A stretch of 64,000 bases of DNA. Source: a bacterium (GTDB taxonomy: Bacteria > Patescibacteriota > JABMPQ01 > JBDRIV01). The first letter of the stretch is position 1; every line of letters starts with the position of its first letter. Shown one piece after another: positions 57,449-64,000 of this stretch. Made by a program: the position numbers and the translations under genes. The stretch lies in assembly GCA_043815505.1 (NCBI GenBank), contig JBDRIV010000002.1, positions 374,943-438,942 on the forward strand. The letters run 5' to 3'. The notes under the pieces are model-generated. The model was not told the DNA's origin. It was given only the letters and a program-made list of their open reading frames with translations, and made no database searches.

Positions 57449-58201
57449 ATGCCAAAAGAATTCAATTTTCTAAGAGAAATAGGATATGGTAAAAATTCTG
57501 AGCAGATTATTGATAGCTTAAAACAAAAAGGTAATGTTAAGGATATTTTTGAAGATGCTTATGAAGAAGTTTTAGATGACGAAAGGAACTTAAAACACAT
57601 TGTACAAAAATTAAAGGATGACAATAAACAGTTTGGATATGATATTCGTAAATTGGGTAATAAAGTAGATGTTTATAATGCTCGCATTCTAAAATTTAAA
57701 AAAAATGTTCAGCAGCAAGAAAATGAATTAATACGTATTGAACAAGATGAAAGTTTAGGCAGAGAAGAATTGGACAGAAAAAAAGCAGACTTTTATAATC
57801 GCGGAACCCTAAAAGATAGTGGCCAAACTGATAATAGAGAAGGAGTTGGCGATCCCATGCTTTTGCAACAAATTGATGATACGGATATAAATAATCCAAA
57901 CGCTCCACAAGAAAAATCTCCCACAAAAGAAAGAAAAGATCAAGCCGAAATAGATTATAGGGATGAAGAAGAAAATTTACTATCTCTTAAGGAAGCGAAG
58001 AAGGAAAAAGAAAGAGATATTAGGCATTTAGAGGAAGAAATTGAAAAGCATGAGGAAGAAATTGAGGAAGCAGAAACAGAACAAAAAAACTTAGAAGCAG
58101 ATATTAAAACCAATACCAAAGTAATAAAAGAAAGACAAGAAGATTTAAAAGAGATCTCAGATATTGTTAGAAAATTAAGAGAATTAAAAAGAGCAGCCTA
58201 A
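57449..58201 (+). CDS. Hypothetical coiled-coil protein
   Basis: Charged heptad-rich sequence. Confidence 0.4.
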   Translation: MPKEFNFLREIGYGKNSEQIIDSLKQKGNVKDIFEDAYEEVLDDERNLKHIVQKLKDDNKQFGYDIRKLGNKVDVYNARILKFKKNVQQQENELIRIEQDESLGREELDRKKADFYNRGTLKDSGQTDNREGVGDPMLLQQIDDTDINNPNAPQEKSPTKERKDQAEIDYRDEEENLLSLKEAKKEKERDIRHLEEEIEKHEEEIEEAETEQKNLEADIKTNTKVIKERQEDLKEISDIVRKLRELKRAA

Positions 58202-60007
58202 ATGTTGAAACTAAATTCTAAAGATCTAAGAAAAATATTCTTAAAGTATTTTAAGGATAAGGATCACAAAATTGTTTCCTCATCATCATTAATTCCTGAT
58301 GATGATTCTGTTTTGTTAACTACAGCTGGTATGCAACAGTTTGTGCCTTATTTGTCAGGTAAAGTTAAACCACCACACAAACGTATGGCTAACGTGCAAA
58401 AGTGTTTTCGTACTGGCGATATTGATGAGGTGGGAGACGATTATCATCATACGTTTTTCGAAATGATGGGAAATTGGTCGTTTGGCGATTATTTTAAAAA
58501 AGAAACCATAGAATGGGCTTTCAAATTTCTAACTGAGGAATTAGCCATGGATAAAGAAAGATTGTGGGCTACGATTTTTGAAGGAAAAGGAAAAATTGCT
58601 AAAGACACAGAGGCTCTTGAGATCTGGAAGAAATATTTACCAGAAGAAAAAATAAAAGAATTTGGCATGACAGACAATTTTTGGGGACCGACAGCCATCA
58701 CTGGACCTTGTGGACCTTCTTCAGAAATTCATTATGACCGCGGTGAAGAATTTAAAACATTTCAGATTCAAAAATGCTCAATTGATGGATGTGGACCCAA
58801 CTGCAAATGTGGTCGTTTTGTTGAAATCTGGAATTTGGTTTTTATGCAATTTAATAAAAATGATAAAGGTGAGCTTGAACCATTACCACAAAAAAATATT
58901 GACACCGGCGCTGGTTTGGAGCGATTAGCCGCAATTTTACAAAACAAATATTCAGATTACGAAACGGATTTATTTTCTGATCTAATGCTTAAAGTAATTG
59001 ATTGGGTTGATGAAGAAAATCGACAATATACAGAGAAACAGCGAAGAATAATATGTGATCATATTCGTGCTGCTGTATTTTTAGCAAGTGATGGTATTTT
59101 ACCATCAAATGAAGACCGTGGTTATATAATGAGAAGAATTATAAGAAGAGTTGTTAAATATGCGGATTTAATAAAAATTAAGGAAGATAATTATATAACA
59201 GAATTAGCTGAGATTGTAATACACATTTATAAAGATAATTATAAAGAACTTAATAAAAATAAAAATAGAATCATTGATGTTATAGAAAATGAAAAGAATA
59301 AATTTTTAAAATCATTGAAACCTGGTAATAAAAGATCTCTAGAATTAGCAGATCAAGCAGATAAAAGTGGAGAGAGAATAATTAGTGGGAAGGACGCATT
59401 TGATTTATTTTCTACTTATGGATATCCAGTTGAGTTAATGGAAGAAACTTATAAGGTTGACAAAAAAAGTTTTTACAAAGAACTAAAAAAACACCAAGCT
59501 GTTTCTAGAGCTGGAGCGGAGAAAAAGTTTGGTGGGGTGGGGCAGTTTGGCGAGCAGGTTGTAAGACAACACACAGCGACTCATCTTTTACAACAGGCTT
59601 TGCGCGATGTACTGGGTGATCATGTCAAACAAGCTGGTTCAGATTTAACTCCCGATAGATTACGCTTTGATTTTACTCATCCTGATAAATTAACTGAAGA
59701 AGAAAAGCAGAAAGTTGAAGATATTGTCAATGAAAAAATTGAAGCTGCGCTCCCAATGGTCCAAACAAAAATGCCATATGAAGAAGCTATAAAAAAAGGA
59801 GCCATTGCTTTCTTTAAGGAAAAATATCCAGAAATTGTTTCGGTGTATGAAGCTGGAGACTATTCTATGGAACTTTGTGGAGGACCGCATGTCAAAAATA
59901 CTTCAGAAATTGGTGCTTTTAAAATAACTTCAGAAAAAAGTTCTTCTGCTGGAGTAAGAAGAATAAAAGCGATTATTGGAGAAAAGGCTAAAGAACAATT
60001 ACAGTAA
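58202..60007 (+). CDS. alaS: Alanyl-tRNA synthetase, short form (catalytic + editing domains, no C-Ala domain)
   Basis: N-terminal LLTTAGMQQF...HHTFFEMMGNWSFGDYFK. Editing-domain HTATHLL...CGGPHV. Only 601 aa. Confidence 0.85.
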   Translation: MLKLNSKDLRKIFLKYFKDKDHKIVSSSSLIPDDDSVLLTTAGMQQFVPYLSGKVKPPHKRMANVQKCFRTGDIDEVGDDYHHTFFEMMGNWSFGDYFKKETIEWAFKFLTEELAMDKERLWATIFEGKGKIAKDTEALEIWKKYLPEEKIKEFGMTDNFWGPTAITGPCGPSSEIHYDRGEEFKTFQIQKCSIDGCGPNCKCGRFVEIWNLVFMQFNKNDKGELEPLPQKNIDTGAGLERLAAILQNKYSDYETDLFSDLMLKVIDWVDEENRQYTEKQRRIICDHIRAAVFLASDGILPSNEDRGYIMRRIIRRVVKYADLIKIKEDNYITELAEIVIHIYKDNYKELNKNKNRIIDVIENEKNKFLKSLKPGNKRSLELADQADKSGERIISGKDAFDLFSTYGYPVELMEETYKVDKKSFYKELKKHQAVSRAGAEKKFGGVGQFGEQVVRQHTATHLLQQALRDVLGDHVKQAGSDLTPDRLRFDFTHPDKLTEEEKQKVEDIVNEKIEAALPMVQTKMPYEEAIKKGAIAFFKEKYPEIVSVYEAGDYSMELCGGPHVKNTSEIGAFKITSEKSSSAGVRRIKAIIGEKAKEQLQ

Positions 60008-60095
60008 ATTCTTAGAAAGACAGATTTGTGGTATAATATAAACCTAAATAAAGAAAATCAAGCACAACTTGTTGTGTTTTATTAAAGTTGTATAA

Positions 60096-61340
60096 ATGTT
60101 TGGGAGACAACAAAAAGAAATTTCAGCTCTCGCTCTGGATATTGGAACTGAGGTGGCTAAAGCCATTATTTTAACTATTGATCCGAGAGAATTAAAGGGT
60201 TATGTAAAGGGTGTGGGTAGAAAAAGGCAAAAACTGGGAGATATGCAATCCGGTGCTGTTACTGACATTGAAGGGGTGGTTAGAGCTTGTGAAGATGCTA
60301 TTGAGCAAGCTGAAGAGATGTCTGGTTTAAAACCAGATCAAGTTATTTTAGGAATCGCTGGAGAGCTGGTAAAAGGTACGACCACAACGGTTCATTATGA
60401 GAGATTAAAACCTCGAACAAAGATTGATATGGTGGAATTGAAAAACATTATTCAAAAAGTTCAGTGGAAAGCTTTCGACAAAGTGCGCAAACAACTTTCT
60501 TGGGAAACTGGTCACTCTGAAATTGATGTTAAATTAATAAATGCTGCCATTGTTGATGTGCGCATCGATGGTTACCGAGTAACTAATCCTTTAGGATTTC
60601 AAGGAAAAGATGTTACCATTTCAATTTTTAATGCTTATGCTCCGTTGGTACATTTGGGCGCCTTGCAAACAATTGCTTCCGAACTTGATTTGGATTTACT
60701 AAGTATTGCTTGCGAACCTTACGCGGTCGCTCGTTGCATGGGAATTGAGGACGCAGTAGAATTCTCAGCAATTTTTATTGATATCGGTGGTGGTACAACT
60801 GATGTAGCGGTGGTTAGAAATGGTGGTATTGAAGGTACAAAAATGTTTGCCATTGGTGGAAGAGCTTTCACCAAAAGACTCAGCAATGAATTAGGAGTAA
60901 ACTTTCCCGAGGCAGAAGAAATTAAAATTAAATTTTCCAAAAATAAATTGCCAACTGATATTATGCAAAAGGTAAAAACGGCACTTGATGCTGATTCTAA
61001 AGTTTGGTTGTCGGGAGTTGAGATGGCGCTATCAGAATTTTCTAGCGTTGATGTTTTGCCTTCCAAAATATTACTTTGTGGTGGCGGTTCAAAACTTCCT
61101 AATATAAAATCAGTTTTACAAAGCAGAGAATGGGTGGAACGATTACCTTTTGCTAAAGCGCCAGCCATTCATTTTATCAACCCTAAAGATGTTATCAATT
61201 TGCAGGATGAAACAAAAATGCTAACCAATCAACAAGATATTACACCCATGGGACTAGCCAACTTAGCAATTGATTTGGCTGGTGACGAAACAATGATGCA
61301 CGGAATCTTGCGCAAAGTAGTTAGAATGATTCAAACTTAA
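60096..61340 (+). CDS. Actin-like ATPase of the FtsA/PilM family
   Basis: ALDIGTEV, FIDIGGGTTDVAV, LCGGGSKLP phosphate/adenosine motifs. Confidence 0.6.
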   Translation: MFGRQQKEISALALDIGTEVAKAIILTIDPRELKGYVKGVGRKRQKLGDMQSGAVTDIEGVVRACEDAIEQAEEMSGLKPDQVILGIAGELVKGTTTTVHYERLKPRTKIDMVELKNIIQKVQWKAFDKVRKQLSWETGHSEIDVKLINAAIVDVRIDGYRVTNPLGFQGKDVTISIFNAYAPLVHLGALQTIASELDLDLLSIACEPYAVARCMGIEDAVEFSAIFIDIGGGTTDVAVVRNGGIEGTKMFAIGGRAFTKRLSNELGVNFPEAEEIKIKFSKNKLPTDIMQKVKTALDADSKVWLSGVEMALSEFSSVDVLPSKILLCGGGSKLPNIKSVLQSREWVERLPFAKAPAIHFINPKDVINLQDETKMLTNQQDITPMGLANLAIDLAGDETMMHGILRKVVRMIQT

Positions 61341-63029
61341 ATGCCCAAAAAAGTTTACATTGATGCTGATGACGAAATTACCAGTGTCATAGACAAAATT
61401 AAAGATCTGCCGAATAAAGAGTTAGTAATGATCATACCAAAGAGAGCAACGCTCATCCAAAGCATTGTAAATTTGAAATTGTTAAAGAAGCAAACTGACG
61501 AGTTAAAGAAAGATATGGTTCTTATTATCACAGATGAAACTGGCAGAAACTTAGCCTCGCGAGCAGGATTTATTACTAAAAAAGATTTAAATAGTACCGC
61601 TGAAGAACCGCAAAAAGAAAAAGAAGCAGAAAAGCTTTCAACTTCTGGAAAAGAAGCCTTAACAAAGCATGAAAACAAATCTACTGAAGAATTTGTTTCG
61701 CATCTAACAAAAGAATTAACAAATAAAAAAGACCAGGAAACTGAACAAGTAGAATTAGAAGATGTGGTAGAAAAAATTAGGGACAGAGAAGAAACTGGTA
61801 ATTTACCACCCTCAGTTAGAACATATACCGACAAAGAAACAACCAAACAAGTCAAGGGAAAAAGAGTTGTTCTTTTACCAACCAAGGGAATTAAGGTGTT
61901 TTTTATTTTTGTTTTATTTTCTTTATTAATTACTGGAGTTATTGGATTTATTGTTTTACCTAAAGCAGAAATTATTGTTACACCCAAAACAGAGCAAGTA
62001 ATTGCCAATTATGCCGTGAAAGCAAGTGAAGAATATAAAGATGTAGATGTGGATTTAAACGAGATTCCCGGTAAAAAAATAAATATTAGTAAGGAATCAA
62101 GCGAAAAAGAATTTTCCGCTACAAACAAAACAAATTTAGAAATAAAAGCCAAAGGAACAATAACTGTAACAAACAGTTATTCATCTGATCCCCAAGTTTT
62201 GGTGGCGGGAACCAGATTCGTTTCAACTGACAATAAACAATTCAATCTAATTGCTGATACTACTATACCAGGCGCTGCTATCAGAGTTGGTAAAACAATT
62301 GCAGGAACAAAAAATGTTGAAGTGGAAGCAAGTGAACCAGGAGAGGATTATAATATTGAACCAACTTCATTTACCATTCCTGGACTTGATGAAACTAAGC
62401 AAAGTACGATTGTTGGTTCAAGTACCAAGGCTTTTAGTGGTGGTGAGGTAAGGGAAGCATTATTGGTTTCAGCTAATGATTTAGAAAAAGCCAAGGAAGA
62501 ATTAACCAATAATATAATAGAAAATATTAATGACGAAATAAAAAATGAAGTTGGCAGTGAGTATTATTATTTTGCTGAATCTCTCCTTCCAAATATAGAA
62601 CTTGAAACTTCAGTTAAAGTTGATGATGAAATAGAAAAATTTAAAGCTAAGGCCAAAGCTAATATCAATACAATTGTATTTCAGAAAAGTTCTTTAGAAG
62701 AATATATTAATAAAAAAATAGACGGCGCAATTAATAAAAATCAGTATTTAGTAGGTGAAATTTTAGACCATATCAGTTTTACAGAGATAAAATATGACGA
62801 AGACAAAGGAATTCTTGAGGGAACAATATATGTTGATAAAACGATTGCCTATAATATAGAGAATGAAAAAATACAAAGTAATCTAAAGGGAAAAAGCCTT
62901 GACGAAGCTAATAGTATATTGGATAATATGAGTGAAATTGATGGTTATACCGTTAATTTATGGCCATTTTGGGTAGAAAGTGTACCAACCATGGAAAATA
63001 AGATTGATATTATTATAAATGAATCTTGA
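61341..63029 (+). CDS. Hypothetical bitopic membrane protein (cytoplasmic N-terminal domain, one TM, large C-terminal domain)
   Basis: TM VFFIFVLFSLLITGVIGFIVL. Start overlaps the stop of the FtsA-like gene. Confidence 0.5.
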   Translation: MPKKVYIDADDEITSVIDKIKDLPNKELVMIIPKRATLIQSIVNLKLLKKQTDELKKDMVLIITDETGRNLASRAGFITKKDLNSTAEEPQKEKEAEKLSTSGKEALTKHENKSTEEFVSHLTKELTNKKDQETEQVELEDVVEKIRDREETGNLPPSVRTYTDKETTKQVKGKRVVLLPTKGIKVFFIFVLFSLLITGVIGFIVLPKAEIIVTPKTEQVIANYAVKASEEYKDVDVDLNEIPGKKINISKESSEKEFSATNKTNLEIKAKGTITVTNSYSSDPQVLVAGTRFVSTDNKQFNLIADTTIPGAAIRVGKTIAGTKNVEVEASEPGEDYNIEPTSFTIPGLDETKQSTIVGSSTKAFSGGEVREALLVSANDLEKAKEELTNNIIENINDEIKNEVGSEYYYFAESLLPNIELETSVKVDDEIEKFKAKAKANINTIVFQKSSLEEYINKKIDGAINKNQYLVGEILDHISFTEIKYDEDKGILEGTIYVDKTIAYNIENEKIQSNLKGKSLDEANSILDNMSEIDGYTVNLWPFWVESVPTMENKIDIIINES

Positions 63030-63217
63030 CATATTATATCTTCCTGATAGAATAAACAGGCGAAATATTTAGGCACTTTTTTTGTAGTTTTGATTATTTG
63101 AATAACAGTTTAATTGATACTTACGGGATATTATTCAAAACACGTTTCACAACGTGTATAAATCGTTAAATAAAATAATCTCACATAGTTTGTGAGATAG
63201 TTTTAATAAAAACTTTT

Positions 63218-63532
63218 ATGAAAAGGCGCAAAAACGTCAAGCGTAAAAAATTCGAATATAAAAGCAAGAAAAAGCTGATTGAACAAGCAAAAAAACAAGC
63301 CGAGGTAATTGAAACTCCAAAAAATGAAAATGATATTATTGTAACTGGCGTGGTAGAGGAAACTTTGCCCAATGCAACCTTCAAAGTGAAATTGGAAAAT
63401 GGTCACGAAATTCACGCTCACGTTTCCGGAAAAATGCGCATGAATAAAATTAGAGTCTTACCTGGTGATGAAGTTGAAGTGCAATTAACACCTTATGACT
63501 TATCCAAGGGTAGAGTAATTAGAAGAAACTAA
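63218..63532 (+). CDS. infA: Translation initiation factor IF-1 with ~33-aa Lys-rich N-terminal extension
   Basis: [58 protein letters not shown]. Confidence 0.85.
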   Translation: MKRRKNVKRKKFEYKSKKKLIEQAKKQAEVIETPKNENDIIVTGVVEETLPNATFKVKLENGHEIHAHVSGKMRMNKIRVLPGDEVEVQLTPYDLSKGRVIRRN

Positions 63533-63533
63533 G

Positions 63534-63647
63534 ATGAAAGTTAGATCATCTGTCAAAAAAATTTGTATTAAGTGTAAAGTTATTCGACGCAAAGGTAAAG
63601 TGCAGGTAGTTTGTGAAAATCCAAAACATAAGCAAAGACAAGGATAA
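63534..63647 (+). CDS. rpmJ: 50S ribosomal protein L36
   Basis: [37 protein letters not shown] (37 aa). Below the ORF-track size cutoff. Confidence 0.85.
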   Translation: MKVRSSVKKICIKCKVIRRKGKVQVVCENPKHKQRQG

Positions 63648-64000
63648 TGGCCAGAATAGCCGGGGTAAACATCCCAGACAATAAAAGAATTGAAATTTCA
63701 CTGACTTATATTTACGGGATAGGAAAAGTAAGTAGTCAGAAAATTTTAGATTTAGCACAAATTGATAAAAGTGTTCGCACCAAGGATTTAAATGATGGGG
63801 AAATTAACAAATTAAGAGATGTGATTGAAAAGAATTACAAAGTAGAAGGTGATTTGCAGAGACAAATTCAATTGAATGTAAAAAGATTAAAAGACATTAA
63901 CAGTTACCGAGGAAGTCGTCATTCTAAAGGTTTGCCTGCTAGAGGTCAGCGAACAAAAACTAATAATCGTACAGTGCGAGGAAATGTTCGCAAAACTGCA
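63647..64000 (+). CDS. rpsM: 30S ribosomal protein S13 (3'-truncated by the window end)
   Basis: [26 protein letters not shown]... Confidence 0.9.
   Translation, partial: MARIAGVNIPDNKRIEISLTYIYGIGKVSSQKILDLAQIDKSVRTKDLNDGEINKLRDVIEKNYKVEGDLQRQIQLNVKRLKDINSYRGSRHSKGLPARGQRTKTNNRTVRGNVRKTA

Overview
This window is an AT-rich (~33% GC) bacterial chromosome segment dominated by compact housekeeping operons. The gene set and style resemble a small-genome, Gram-positive-like or Patescibacteria/CPR-type organism, but that placement is inference from gene content only. Core content, start to end: murF; a tRNA-Glu(CUC) preceded by a truncated duplicate of its 5' half; a RelA/SpoT-type HD hydrolase; an HNH nuclease; a small integrase-bearing insertion in the 3' end of an alkD-like gene; a divergent Elp3-like / Trm9-like gene pair; a VIT1-family transporter; gpmI; a histidine kinase with a degraded receiver-gene duplicate followed by an intact CheY-like regulator; promoter-CIRCE-hrcA-grpE-dnaK-(membrane ORF)-dnaJ; tRNA-Lys(UUU) followed by a ~3.2-kb island of small unknown ORFs plus a NUDIX gene; aspS; a YbaK-type deacylase; scpA/scpB; a dcw-type cluster (DD-carboxypeptidase, mraY, a murI::pgeF fusion, murD, ftsW, murG, murC, murB); secA; a CYTH protein; an HD gene interrupted by an in-frame TAA; a higher-GC three-ORF cassette; an FG-GAP/L,D-transpeptidase protein; secD/secF; an operon of a sigma-region-4/HARE-HTH protein, a bitopic membrane protein, a coupling-protein-like P-loop ATPase and a YdjM-like membrane hydrolase that abuts an SOS cluster (lexA with a GTTC-N7-GTTC direct repeat inside its promoter, two small ORFs, dinB); a third HD protein; mnmA; a short alaS; an FtsA/PilM-like ATPase with a bitopic partner; infA-rpmJ-rpsM. 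No rRNA and no CRISPR array were seen. All functional calls rest on motif recognition by eye, without database searches. Hand-counted coordinates of small motifs may be off by 1-2 nt.
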